A stretch of 64,000 nucleotides of DNA, taken from positions 11,594,001 to 11,658,000 of the forward strand of contig CM022668.1 of NCBI GenBank assembly GCA_012295275.1, given 5' to 3'. The position numbers were made by a program, and so were the translations under genes. The first letter of the stretch is position 1. Each line of letters starts with the position of its first letter. The DNA comes from Chrysomallon squamiferum. Its lineage: Eukaryota; Animalia; Mollusca. Positions 36,977 to 52,659 of the stretch are shown in pieces. The notes below the pieces were generated by a model. The model saw only the letters and a program-made list of their open reading frames with translations, did not search any database and was not told the DNA's origin.

Positions 36977-37364
36977 ATGCGTATTTATACCTATATATGT
37001 ATGCATGTATGTGAATATGTGTGAGTGTGTGTGTGTGGTAGTGTGGCGTGTATATGTGTATATATATATGCGTGTGTATGTGTGTATTTACAAGCGTGTG
37101 TATGCTTGTAAAAATATATTCGACAAAGAAAATATGAAAAAAGAAACAAGAACGAGAAAGAATGAAATGTTTTATATAACGCACACTCAACACATTTTCA
37201 ATCTCCAGTTAGGTTGTAAGCGTAGCCTACTCTTTTACAGTTAGCAAAAAGTGAATTTTCACATTTACCTTCCCATAAACAGGAAAGTTCATTGTAGGAG
37301 CTTTGATTAAACTGTGCTAGAGCAAAGGCTGGAATTGCATTATTACACAAAGGCGGGCTAAAAG

Positions 37365-37422
37365 AGGACTGATCCTGGGAACTGAGACTTTTCCTACAAG
37401 CGTTTAACCACTGAGCCACACA
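37365..37422 (-). mobile_element. degenerate tRNA-like SINE head
   Basis: - strand TGTGGCTCAGTGGTTAAA (A-box) ... CCAGGATCAGTCC (degenerate B-box). Confidence 0.42.
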
Positions 37423-38583
37423 GTTCTCTGCGAGAAAACCGCTTCTGGCAACATCTTCAAAACATCGCGAAGCTCTCAGCATCATCTGTTTCACATACGC
37501 AACCGTGTTTCTGTAACGTCTTGCGTATTCCGTCAGATATCAGCGCATCTGATCTGAAACCATAGCTACCAGAATTAGGCACCCACACACAGACAGACAG
37601 ACAGACACATGGCAGGCTTCAAGCTGCTGGCTCTGTGAACAACGGAGGTTCTGGGGCTGTTGTTTATTTTCATTCCCGTCGCTCGTAAAAGTTTATCACC
37701 AAAGAGACCTGATGTCGTAATTTTCTCCGGTCTCGTTTCGAGAAATCTTGTTTCTACGTTCTGCGGTTACGTTCAAGGCTTTGCGACCTTTCCGTTAACG
37801 ACTGTCATGTTTTCCTTGGTTTAAGTAGTGTTTCAGGATGTGACTCTTAATTTTATTTTATTTCTTTTTTTTTAATAAATTTATTAATTTCGGTTGTGTA
37901 ACAATGTAACAGACTTCATTTAGAAGAACTGTTCTTTTGATTTTTGTAAAAATAGGTATTAACGGTATGAGACATTTGACGTTTAAATAATGATAAAATA
38001 TCTTAACCTGTTTGAATTATCCTTTAATCTAATCCTCTCTCTCTCTCTCTTTCTCTGTCTCTCTCTTTTTCTCTCTCTCTGTGTGTGCCTGTCTCTATCC
38101 TTCTAAAATGTATTTTCTCTCTATTTTACTCTGTAATACTGGTAACCACAATACTACTTATTTTTTTGGTTATTGTTATTCTTCATCTCTTGCTTCATGC
38201 TCTTTATCATGACCATAATTTTATTTCTTTTCTCCTTCTTCTTCCTATCATCATCATCATCGTCATCATCCCCATTATTATTAACATCATTTAGTTTCCT
38301 CGTCATTACATTATCACTATAACCATTATTATCATTAACCATCATCCTCCTGGTTAATATCATCACCACTTGCATCATTAAAACACCTTAATTTTAATAT
38401 TTTTACAGAATCTGTAAACCAGCGGAAAATTTTAATTTACACAAATGCATAAACTTACTAAAACATCACAGAAAACGATGAACAACTTGATACAACTGTT
38501 CGAAGACGAAATAAGCTTTTACTAAATTCACAATCTGCGAGGCATTATTAAAAATCTAACAAACTTAGTTGTTATATTCTCAG

Positions 38584-38614
<31 letters not shown>

Positions 38615-39890
38615 AGCCTTCAAAATAATTAGCCACTTTTTATTTATGAACAAAAATCTTAAAGTGCATGCGTAGCAACCAATGAAAACCAACCGCGCGG
38701 CCATTTTAACTCAATATGGATGCCACATGGCGCAAAATTTGAAACCCAAGAAGCATATTTGAAATAGACATTAATGAAAAGGATTTTTGTTTTTTTTTTT
38801 TCTGTTTTTTTCTCGCTGAGTTTTGCAGACAAAAAGAAATATGATGCAGGATGAAAAAAAGAAAAGAAAAAAAAGTGTTAAGAATCTGCACCGCTATCTG
38901 AAACAAGCAGACTCGTGAAGGAGTCAAGTGGTTGATTTTAGTTCACGCAAAGTGGCGCGAAGAAGATGTAAGACTTATTATGGTGACTTCCCCTTAATCG
39001 ATTTTCGTTTGTGACAATGTTTTGGTTGATTTGCGTTCAACCGATGTTGACGTATTTCCTTTTTATTATTATTATTTCTTTTGTTATTTACTTTTTTATA
39101 TTATTTCGTTCTGTTTTCTTTCTTTCTTTAATTGCTTATTTATTATTATTATTATTATCATCATAATCATCATTTTTATTATTTATTTATTTATTTATTT
39201 GTTTGTTTATTTATTTATTATTTCAATTCATTTAACTCATTTTAATTTTTTTTCACTATTATAGAAATCATTAATCCAGAAGTAGTAATTGCAGTAGTAG
39301 TAGTAGTAATGGCGTTGGTATTGTTGGTAGTAGTAGCAGCAGTAATGTTGGTTGTATTATAAGTATTTATTTTTATAATTTTAGTAGTAGTACTCTTTTC
39401 TGTTTTTGTTGTTTTATTCTTGCTGTTATTGTTGCTTTTGTTGTCGTTGATGTTGTTGTTGTTGTAACGCCAACACGTGCAATAGCAACAGTATACTATT
39501 AAACGCAGTATCAGTATTTATTTAATAGTTTACTCATCGAAGCACGCGTGCACACACACACGAGCACGCACACGAGCACGCACGTTTACACGCACATAAC
39601 AAAATGCGTGCTATTTAACAACCAAACCTACATCACTATTACGTCAGATACGATTAAAGATAATTATACGCAACAACTTCCTTTGCTTTTGTAAAACAAC
39701 TACGACGTCGTTAATCTGTATATGTCAAATAACATTTGTGTGTTCACATAAACGGACAATATAATTTAATTCAATCTGTTATAAATCCGTCTAATTTCAC
39801 AACTTCTAACAAGAATCTGGGTCATTAAATTAACTTTTCTTTCAAAACGACCGTAATATTCGCTTCAAGGCTGTCAAAATGAAATCGTAA

Positions 39891-39925
<35 letters not shown>

Positions 39926-39948
39926 CCGCTTTTAAAATGGGTGTGTAG

Positions 39949-39963
39949 AGCGCCATCTGTCGG
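39949..39963 (-). promoter_or_regulatory. CTCF-like motif (CCGACAGATGGCGCT on the - strand)
   Basis: fits the CC...AG(A/G)(T/G)GGCGC core; flanked by poly-T tracts. Confidence 0.45.
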
Positions 39964-40065
39964 AATGTTGGCGTGTTAATTCTACCGGGAGTTCAAAAAA
40001 TTCCAGATTTTTCATTTTCCCACTACCGTCTGAACTGGCAATGAAATTAGCTCTGTTATTTGTGT

Positions 40066-40097
<32 letters not shown>

Positions 40098-40669
40098 CTG
40101 TTGTCCCAGATTTTTATCTTAAAAAAAAAAAATAGTTTTAAAGAAAGACATTGAAGACTAAAAGTTCAATGATTGTGACACAGAAATTCCAAATCTTTCA
40201 AGATTTTGGTCAAAGTCGTTTACTGAAAGATGAATTTCCAAGCCTAAGTTGAAGGGAGGAATTTACCAACGTACCAACAGTCATGGACTCAAGCTCGAAA
40301 TTTCTGGGTGTTGTTATTTAGGATTATTCTAATTCATAAATTCTTTGAATTACTTTGCATTTCTGGTTTAGTTAACTTTTTTCCCCCGTTTTACGGTTTT
40401 GGCTGAAAGATATACATTCAAAAATAATAATAATAAAGATAATAATTTATGAATAAAAACCAAATAGATGACATCTGGTTTCAAGACAATGAAAACCACC
40501 AGTTACTTTTTCATTCCCTCTTTCATTTATTTTTATTTTTTGTCTGTCTATATCGGTAGTTCTCTCTCTGTCTTCTTGCTAAGTAAAATAAAACATGATA
40601 ATCAAGATGTTTTAGTGTTGAAACAAGCTAACGAATTAATTATGATTAGTAATAATAATGATGATGATG

Positions 40670-40788
<119 letters not shown>

Positions 40789-42660
40789 GACATTTATTTC
40801 GTATTAATCAGTGTTTGACAAAAGTCTTGAGCCAGCAGAATGCGATCCAGTAACAGCCAGTTTCAATGGCGAACCATGCAGTCATTCAGTACATAGATAT
40901 TAGTTCCATACTGTCTGCCAAAACAATAATAAAAAAAAAAAATCTCTTCATCAAATGACTGAAGAAAAGTACATGCTGACGTTACTATAATCATTCTCTT
41001 CTATTACGCTTATCAGCAGCAAATTGAAAAAAAAAAAAAAAAAAAAAAAAGTCTGCATTCTTTGTTAGGTAAAACGTCTATAAAAGCTTTCCATTGCAGA
41101 GAAAAACCACTGGGTCAGCAAAAAAAAAAAAAAAAAATAACAAGAGGAGACCCTCCCCTACCCCCCCACCCCCCACCATTGAATTCACGTGCAGGGCGTT
41201 ACAGACTGAGATGTAAGAAATTATTTGCTCATTAAGAGACGATAAGAGGCTACACTTACTGAGATACGTATTACGTAATCTAATACGATATCCCAAATAC
41301 GATAGCGGACGACATAACGGGGACTTGTCATTTAATACGCAAGTCATTCTAATTACGTTATTATGAAAGTCACACAAAAAACACACACAATTTTTTTTTT
41401 TTAATAATAATACAAAAAATATAAAAAAATATAAAAAAAAAAAAAAAAATAAAATATGGACAGGTTTGGTAATTATGGAACAACTGGGTTCAAGTTTGCT
41501 GGAGATAGCTGTGATATTTTTTTTTTTTTTTTCTGATCTATGTGAAGTCAGTGACCTAGTGAGTTGAGTTTAGCAACTGAGAACAAGGTCAAGTCGCGCA
41601 AAGAGGGCGTTGTCTTCTGTGATATACAGTGCAATTGTACTGTATACACGTGTGTGTGTGTGTGTGCGTGATTTCGAAAAAGCAAAACGAAAGTATTTAA
41701 AAAAGAAGAAGAAAGAAACAGAAAATAACTTTAAGAAGAGAGCAGAAATACTTTGTCTCGATAAGTAGCAACAGTAATAATAACAACAATAATAATAATA
41801 ATAATAACAACAACAATAATAATAATAATAACAATAATAGTAATAATAACAACAACACCAACAACAATAATAATAATAACAACAACAAAAGAACAGTAAT
41901 AATAATAACAACAATAACAACAACAACAATAAATAACAGTAATAATAATAACAATAACAACAACAATAAATAACAGTAATAATAATAACAACAATAATAA
42001 CAACAACAATAAATAACAGCAATAGCAACAACATGAGCAATAACATTAACAATAATAACAATAAAAACAACAACTACAACAATAATAATAATAATAATAA
42101 TAACAACAGCATGCTTTCTGTTAAACTCTTTAAGATAAGCGTAAACTAATACGACTGTGTGTAAATTATTACTTACGTGAACGTAACTCTAGCCGTCCCG
42201 TTATTTTCTTTATCACTAGTTAACAATTAAAACTTAAACAGAACTGTTAAAACAGAGGGGCGGAGTCCCCACGGTGACACTGGGAGTAAAGCGTAGCAGA
42301 TTGAAGATAAGAATTCAATTAAGAAAAATATTTATAGCTCGATAGTAAACAATAGTAAGAAGAACGAGAAGAAGAAATGAACCTAAGGAAAGGATGATGA
42401 TGACGATGACGATGATGACGAAGTCAACCGAAGAAAATGATGATGATAATAAATATTATCATAATGATGATGATATAATAAACCATGACTGACCATGATA
42501 ATGATGACAATGATTTGATAAATATTATTTTTTAACAAAACAATAAGAACAAACAAGAAGACGGAGAATAACAATAAAATTGTTCAGTTACTGGAGAAAA
42601 AATAAAAATACAAAGCACACCCATAATATATCTGGGTAAGAGGTGAAAGAAAGAAAGAAA

Positions 42661-42697
<37 letters not shown>

Positions 42698-42980
42698 GAA
42701 GAAAGAAAGAAAGAAAGAAAAACGAACAATTCGAAATAATGCTTACGAATCAAAATCCCTCTTGCCTACATCACTTTCCCAAGCGTCCAGTTTGCATATG
42801 ACGTCAACAATAGTTTTTACGTCATAACTATGCTACCGGGCAACGACTGTGGACAAAGGTAACTTTTAGTTAACAGCAAATATAGACGTGGTATTTATTT
42901 ATTTATTTATTTGTTAGTTGTAGTAGTAGTAGTAATAGTAGTAGTAGTAGTAGTTGTTGTTGTTGTAGTTGTAGTAATAA

Positions 42981-43021
<41 letters not shown>

Positions 43022-43725
43022 ATAATGCATGCATTAGTTATTTATTTAATATTATATAACGTATTTACTTCTTTAATTTCATTTAATTTAATTTAATTTA
43101 ATTTAATTTAATTTTGTTTTATTTTGTATATTTAGTTTTCTTTATTCTGTTGACAGCACGAAAGACTTAGAAAGAAAGACAGGATTAAATGAAAACGAAA
43201 GGAAAGTTGTATGTCTTAAGCGATTTCAAACAAATAATAATAAAAACTGCATCTTAAAACTCTCGACTTCGTCTTCAAGTTACAATATTTTTAACCCAAC
43301 ACGAGTGCCTTGAAATTTCTATCACAAATTCCACTACAAAAGAATCTAAAATAATGGCAAAAAAAATAAAAAAAAAAAAAAGATACAGAAAATACGAAAT
43401 TAAACCGAATAACAAAAACCATATGTTTTATTGGCAAAAAAAAACTCCAACATCATCGCGTCCCACAAAGCGAGCTAATTACTAGAAAACATAAAACGTT
43501 AATTTTGTACCAGTTTTGTTACGTACATCACCAGCTAGGTACGATATGCCTAACCAGCATTATATCTTCATAACCTTCAGGCTCGAGAGTTTTTTTTTTT
43601 TTTTCTCGAAGTTCCATGTGGCAAAACACTTGTCCTAAATTCTGCAGCCGTTCCATGATCTCCGAGATTTAAAGATGTAAAACGATTCGGATCTGATAGA
43701 CACTGGCTTTATTGTGCTTTTTACA

Positions 43726-43756
<31 letters not shown>

Positions 43757-43819
43757 TTTTAATATTTTTTTATTAATATATTTGTTAATATTTTTCTAAT
43801 GAGAGGAAGGGAGGGAGAG

Positions 43820-43940
<121 letters not shown>

Positions 43941-44000
43941 TATCGTTAAAAAAGGTGATATCAACACCACTATCATCATAATCATCATAATTATTATTAT

Positions 44001-44035
<35 letters not shown>

Positions 44036-44072
44036 CTAGTAGTGATGGTGTAGTAGTAAGTTGTAGTAGTAA

Positions 44073-44114
<42 letters not shown>

Positions 44115-44324
44115 CAATAGTAGTGGTAGTAGTGGTAGTTAGTTGTAGTAGTAATAGGAGGAAGAGGAATAGTAGCACTAGTCCTGTTATTACTAGTAGT
44201 AGTAGTAGTAGTAGTGTAGTTGTAGTAGTAGTGGTGTTTTTGTTATTTTTATTTTAAGATCTTTCGTTAACAAAATAATCTGTGACAGAAAAAATACAAA
44301 AAACAAAAAGAAAAAGAAAAACCC

Positions 44325-44366
<42 letters not shown>

Positions 44367-44728
44367 GACACGAAAACTAAGACAGCCTATCACGGGATTT
44401 GAACCAGCGTCCTTAACTCAACAAGTATATTAACATCTTCACCTGCAAAACAACTTATCTTTCAGCTACTGCTCTTTTGACATGGAGGAGATAGTTTAAT
44501 GGTCTCAGACCACGCATTATTTTGTCGTTACCGTCCAGGGTAAACATCTTAGTTCAGACATTTGTTTTGTGTCCATCACAAAGAAAGCTCGGAGGATGGA
44601 AATTGTTGTGTGGTTTTCTTGTAGTTGAAACAGATGTATTATTTTCTTTATATTCTAGAAGAATTGAACTGATGTTTATATACATACGTACGTACTTACA
44701 TACATACATACATAAAATACATACATAC

Positions 44729-44839
<111 letters not shown>

Positions 44840-44939
44840 GAGAGAGACAGAGACAGAAAGAGCGACACAGAAAGTCAGACATTCAAAATGTACTAGTGTG
44901 TATATGCATACATATACACACAGACAGACATAGGGAGCG

Positions 44940-45037
<98 letters not shown>

Positions 45038-45639
45038 AGAGAATGAGAGAGCGCCTAAATGTGGGCATACAAAGCTGACTATAACATAGACAAAGGTAAT
45101 AAATAAAGAGAAAACAGACACACTTAATGACCCAGGATGGAACAAGAGACCGGCACAACGAATTAAAAACGAAGCAGGTAAGAAATTAGAATCATTTACA
45201 ATCAATTAAAAAAGTGACATGCCACTGTCTGCGTTGCGCTTTATACAAGTCAATATTTCCAGCAAAACTAAGCCACGTTTGACATTTTTGTCACATAACC
45301 CGTGAGTCAGTGTCGAACACAAAAACCTGTTTTCCTTCACCTGCGAGATACTTATCAAAATGACGACATTTAATGGAGTATTACAAAACATAGAGCTTAT
45401 TGCTCTTGTGTATGTACTTTTTATGTACGTGTGAGGAATGCATGTATGTGTATATATAAATATATATATATATGTGTGTGTTTGTGAGCAGGGTGAGTAA
45501 GTTGTATATTTATATATTTATAAATGGATTTAAGCTTTAAAAAGCCCATGCATTCAAATTATTGCTTTTACATTTTTACAACTTTATGGGCATTTAAGTT
45601 AATACCTGTATTTCTGGGTGTAAGTATATATGTATGCAT

Positions 45640-45743
<104 letters not shown>

Positions 45744-45765
45744 AGGATTTAATATTCTCTATCTT

Positions 45766-45895
45766 ATGTACGTTTGATTAGACTCTGTACATAGACAATA
45801 TCCAGGAACGCACTGGTACAGGAGGACAAAGTCCAATCACAACCTGACAAACCTCGTCAGATTCCGCTGACGAGAATCGAACCTCTGACACCCAC
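45766..45895 (-). mobile_element. second, 5'-truncated copy of the same SINE family
   Basis: Aligns to 23146-23270 (shared GGAACGCACTGG.CAGGAGGACAAAGTCCAATCAC...CCGCTGACGAGA.TCGAAC); B-box GGTTCGATTC; adjacent (TG)n tract. Confidence 0.72.
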
Positions 45896-46500
45896 TTGAG
45901 TATCAAGACTATCGTATAAATATGAAGGACAGGCAGACAGACGGAAATAAAGAATGACAGACAGAGAATAATAGATAACGAAAGATGAATGGAGGTTAGG
46001 AGAGAGAGAGAGAGGGAATACGAAAAAGATAGAGAACAAAGTAACATAACTACACACACAGAAACTAATAAAAACATTAAGCTAGATAAAATTTAAATAA
46101 TCATAAAATACAGAAATATGTAAGGCAAACTGGAATCTAACTTTGACAATAAAGAAAGAAAGAAAGAAAAAACGAAAGCGAACAAGAAACAACGAAACAA
46201 CGAAAACACGAAAGAAACGAAGAAAGAAAAAAAAAAAAACTAGAAATTCCTTTTTCAGAGAAGAAACGCATGTTGCTTATTTTGTATTGAAAACGTAGTC
46301 TCTCACTCAAGGTCCTTTCCTTAACAATGCAGAGCAGTTTACTGTGTTCACGGTTCAAAATGTCTGTTTAAAAAAACCACCTATAATTTCTTTTCATTTA
46401 TCCTCCACATGCGTCCCTATTTCAAACACATCACTTAACAGCACCTAACACCTCGTTTCTGTACCAACACAGACATTTCATTGCTTTTACACCTTGCGAG

Positions 46501-46825
<325 letters not shown>

Positions 46826-46995
46826 CATATATATATAAATGTATACTTTCCTACCTATCTATCTGTCTGTCTGTCTATGTGTCTGTATGTCTGTGCGTGT
46901 ACATATTACAAGTCTGCCAATCAATCGATCTCTTTTTCATTATAAAAATGCATTTTCTAACTGTAATAATATACGCTACACACACACACACACGT

Positions 46996-47043
<48 letters not shown>

Positions 47044-47207
47044 GTACACCCATACTCGCTATAGCAGAAAAAACCCCACACACAACAATGAATTAAAATA
47101 ATAACAGACATATTTTTTATATATATCTATATATATCATTTAATACATATACTGCAGTTGTTACGCTGTCAACCAAGCTAGTATCTGATATCACAGTTTT
47201 CATTCTA

Positions 47208-47248
<41 letters not shown>

Positions 47249-47796
47249 TGAGGCCAAACTCAGCGAACCATACACAAGAGTAGCTATGCCAGAGATTTTT
47301 CTTCAGTGTTCGGCGAAACTCTTTTCAGAGCGGCCACACTATCAGAACGATAAAAAAAAAAAAAAAAAAAAATAGAAGAGAGAAATAAATTATATATATA
47401 TATATAGCTTTCCTAGTTAACGTTTTAAAATCGACTGTCACAGGATGATATAAGTTTGCTTGAGTGATCGTTGTTATCGATATTTTTTTGGCTTGAAGAA
47501 TTCTGTGGATTTACATAATTAAGGTAAGTCTGTGTTTGTTTTTAATTACTTTTTTTTTTTACGATTTTTATGATTCTTGTTTTTTTTTTTTTTTTTTGCT
47601 GTTTGTTTGTTTGTTTGTTGTTGTTGTGTTTTGTCGTTTTAGTTTGTTGGTGGGCTGTTTTTCTTAAGGATTATTTGTTGTTGTTTTATTTGTGGGGTGT
47701 TGTGGAGATTATCTTGTTATTTTTCTTTATTTTAGTTTCGATTATTTTAGCTTGTTACGTTTATATTATTATTGTTACTACTACTACTACTATTAC

Positions 47797-47857
<61 letters not shown>

Positions 47858-47903
47858 GACGTATTTTTGTTGTAATAGTTTTCTGATAGGTTTGTCGTAT
47901 CGC

Positions 47904-47996
<93 letters not shown>

Positions 47997-49348
47997 TTTA
48001 TGTATCTATCTATCTATCTAGCTGTTTGCTTCTCTTCCCTTCACTACTGTATTTTTTTTCTGTTAATCTTTTTCTTGTTCCTTCAAACACTGTCTGTCTT
48101 ACCCCCAAACTGTTGTCATTATATAGCCATATTTTTATTACGCAGACACTTAAAATCAAATCACTGTGATTTTTTTTTTTTTTTTACTTACAATGTATCT
48201 ATTAAAACGACGTTTCAAAAAAGTCTTCAAATGCACGCAAAAAAAAAACTACATCATTTCATCTTTAATTTTTTAATCAAAGGAAATTTAACCAGTTAAC
48301 CTTTTATACACTTACCCCAGATTCCAATATATCACTTAAGTGCAGGTCTGTAAGTAACACAAACTTCTCGTTCCTCATTCTGATAACACTCAGACATTAT
48401 CATAATTCATTTCAGTACTTCAAAATATCGTAGTACATCAAATAAGCATTTGCCAGTCGCACGTGTTTATAGATAAAACCTCACACACATGCACGCTCAG
48501 AATGTTCGAGATATGCAAACTCGCATGCATCATGCAGTTTCAGAAATGTGTTTGCAGAAACAACAGTAAAAATATTTACGACAACAACAAGAGCGGCTAC
48601 AAAACAGCAACGTTAACACCTTGAAATTGAATAAAATATTGGTACGTTAACTAAGTAGCAATTCGTTTTAAAGGGACAGCCATGTAATGAGAAAACATAA
48701 AACGTTATTTTGATAGATAATTTACTGGACTAGTGATGTAAAAGAGGTTTTGTACTGTATTAAATGTTTTATAAGCTTGCAATATGGGATAAAGATTCCT
48801 TTTAGCTGCAAATTAAAATGTTCCGTTACTAAAGTTAATGAAAATTACGTGTCTGAAGTAATTTGTACATGATAGAATCCTCTTATTATTTTGATTCTTT
48901 TGATTTTTCTACTTTTTGTCTCAGATTAACGTTACACTCAACTACCGACATGGAAGTACACACAAACTCACACACGTTATTTATATATAGACTGAAAATT
49001 TAAAATAAAATTGAGATAGTGTTTTGTGTCTGGTGTCTACGTTACAATTAATCAATGATGTAATAGATATGCTGCACATAGCTGCATAAAGTAATCACAT
49101 TTTTGAAAATTAAAAAGTTTAGTTTATCCAAAAAAAAAAAAAAAGAAAGAAAAACTATATTAAAATTTAACCTTGGTAACGTAAAACACGTCTTGCATTT
49201 AAAAGTTTGTAACGTTTTAGAAGGAAGCGTATATTACATTGAATTATTAATGTAAAATATACTGTTAGTAATAATAATGCATTAAAATAAAGGAAAATTT
49301 TGGGGTTTTATAATATATTCACAGCAGTCTTTCTCTAAAATTAGTATA

Positions 49349-49420
49349 TACTGACTGGTAACGTACGTTACTTCTTCTAAAGCTTATTCTCAGACGTCTA
49401 CGTTATCCTGATTTTTGTAA
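49349..49420 (+). repeat. ~70-bp dispersed duplication, copy 1 (copy 2 at 52331-52399)
   Basis: TACTGACTGGTAACGTACGTTAC...TAAAGCTTATTCTCAGACGTCTACGTTA.CCTGATTTT shared. Confidence 0.88.
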
Positions 49421-50315
49421 TTACAAATTATATATCAAAACAAGTAACGTAGGTAACTATGATTTTGTAACGCATATAAGATATGCTATAATTTACAAAT
49501 ATTTGTAACGTTTAAGAAAAAAGGTTTCTTTGTTAGTTCTGTTAAGATACATTATGTATTTGTAATTTCCAATAGGAATAAAGATAGCTAAAGTGTGAAA
49601 ACAAACCACGTTATACGCTACCATGATTTAGTAATGCGTGAAAAATCATGTTTTGTAATTACAATTTTGTAGCATAAGAGAAAGAAACAATTGTATACGT
49701 TACGTTAATCTTATAATGTTATATATCTATTATATCAATATTACTACTACTACTACTACTACTACTACTATTACTGATACTATCATCATCATCGTCATGA
49801 TTAAACATTATGTTATGCGTTACTATGATTTTGTATCGCTTATTAAACGCTTTCTAATTACAAATAAAGATTTGCAATGTATGAGAAAGAAAACTTATTG
49901 TACAATACTATGACTTTTAACGCATACTTATAAGATAAGCTTTGTATCTAAACATTCTTTAGTTCTTTTCTTTCTTTCTATCTCTCTATCTATCTATCTA
50001 ACTAACTATCTATCTATTTTTTTAGATATATTTTATGCTTTTATGGAATTTTTTGGCTTTTCTTTTCTTTGTTTTGTTTTGTTTTGTTTTTCAACCCAGT
50101 CCGTGTATTTGTACCTGTTAGAAACATCATTTAAGATTTATTATTTTCGTGAGATTTGGGTGCAGCTGTTTTAAGGAAGATTCATCGTGGTAGTGGTTGC
50201 TGTACTGTCAGTTTTCTTTCTTTTTTTTTCTTCCTCTTAATTTCTATTAAATTATTGAAATTTTTATTCATTAAAAACAAAAAAAATGCTTGTAACGTAT
50301 CACCAAATTTTTATT

Positions 50316-50348
<33 letters not shown>

Positions 50349-51212
50349 TTTTTTTTTTTTTTTTTTTTTTATTTTTTTTTTTATTTCAAAAAAAAATTCC
50401 TTTTTACTTTATTAGGTAACCTAGTTTACGAGTTTTTCTTTCAACATGGACAGGTTGTGTCCAGCAAGACATAGAGTTCACTCTGTGTCAATTAATTAAC
50501 CTCTGACAGATTCAGATCTGTGTTATTCTTTTACTGTGACTCGACCACGTACTCGCTGTAGCCTGTAGGGAATTGTCGTCCGAAAAAATATTGCTTTGAA
50601 GAAACCTTCTTGTTTTAACTCGAAACAGTTTTTGTAAGCTTACGTGCAACAGTAATAATAGTCGTACTGATGGTAGCAAAGGTAGTAGTAGTATAGTAAT
50701 AATAGTAATAATAGCAGCAATTGTAGTCGTAGTAGTTGTAATAGTATTAGTAGTAGTAGTAATTGTAGTCGTTGTTGTTGGTGTTGCTGATGTTGCTGGT
50801 GCTGTTGGTGTATTAGTGGTATCAGATACAAAACGAAAAGTTATAATAGTAGTTGCAATACTAGCAGCAGTAGTAACCGTATGTAAGTGGTTGTAGCAGC
50901 AGTAGTAGTATAGCTGTAACAATAGTAGTAGAAGTAGTAATAATGGTAGTAACAGCGATATCAATAGTAGTAGTAAGATTAGTAGCTGTATTGTAATAGT
51001 AGCAGTTGTTGTGTTGTTGAAATGTAAGTCAGAGAAAAACACAACAATCGCAGCCTGAAGCTGAAAGTATCTCTAGTGAGTATTTGATTTATCACTGTTT
51101 TCTTCAGTTTTGTTGTTTTGTCTCGACATACTGAATTTTTTTTTTTCTTTCCACAGAAACAGAGGACAGAAACGAGAAATCACGTTATTCTGTCGGCATC
51201 TCTGTTAATGTA

Positions 51213-51286
<74 letters not shown>

Positions 51287-51727
51287 TTGTTTGTCCAGTT
51301 CAATTATTCATTTAAATTTATTTCTATCTGAGAGGGAGGGAGTGTACTTCGAAAGAGGAGAGTGTCGTTAATAATTTACTCAAATGTTTTAGCAGTGGAA
51401 AACATGTTTCTTACATTACTGAGTTATTTATGACTGCAGCACGGCTGATGATGTTTTTTTTTTCTCGTGGGTGTGGTTGCAGGAGTGGGAAAATTGTCTG
51501 TAACATTCGCGTTATAATGTTTTATATGTAAAATAAATACTGCTTTTAAAAAAAAAGTGTATTTATATATTTTGAGAGTTGTTATCGTTGTTTCCTTGAA
51601 CCAGTTGTTGTCTGCCTTTTATTATAACAATAATAATAATCATCATCATCATCATCATCATCTCCTTCTTGTTCTTCTTCTTATTGTTATCATCAGTTTT
51701 ATAGTGTCGTAGTCGTCGTCGTCATAG

Positions 51728-51801
<74 letters not shown>

Positions 51802-52009
51802 TGTTTCTTTAACCGTGTTATCTTTCTGTATTTGTTTCATTCTTTCTTTCTTTCTGCTCTTTCTTTCTCAATCTTTGTCGTGTTCCTCTTTCGCTTCTTT
51901 TCCTCGTAATCACGTTCAAGTTCTTGTCTTGTCTCTTGTTATCGTTTTAATTTGGTAAAAATATTTATACAGTAATTTTATCAACTTTACTTTTGTTCAC
52001 TATGATGAA

Positions 52010-52042
<33 letters not shown>

Positions 52043-52224
52043 CCGTTTCTATCAATAACGACTGTTTATCATAATTTGTTTAGTAACTTTAAATTAAAGA
52101 TTAAAGATTATGAGAATCTTTGTCTTCAGATTTATAGGATTCCCCGTGATTACTGCTGATAATTTATTTACTTATATTATTTTAATTTATTCTATTTTAT
52201 TTATTTATTTATTTATTTTCGATA

Positions 52225-52298
<74 letters not shown>

Positions 52299-52659
52299 AA
52301 AATAAGCAAGTAAGTAAGTAAATAAATAAATACTGACTGGTAACGTACGTTACGTGTAAAGCTTATTCTCAGACGTCTACGTTACCCTGATTTTGTAACG
52401 TATATGATTCTGTCTATTTTAAAATATTGAAATAAGCAAGCAAATATTTCAAAAGCTATATAATTACTTATTTAAATATTTCTTTCTTCACTGATTGATT
52501 TATTCATTCATTCTCGTATTTTTGACGCTAGCTTTACTTCATTTTGTCACACGGCTTTTTTTTTTTTTTTTTTTCTTTTTTTTTTTTTTTTTCTTCATTC
52601 TTTCAGTTCAGGATTTTCTAAACGATATCTTAATTAGGGTCTTCTGTTCATAAAGTCAA

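Noticed and set aside
37198-37494. 98-aa complex-looking ORF
   Set aside because: Overlaps a SINE-like head; no recognisable domain or flanking splice structure.
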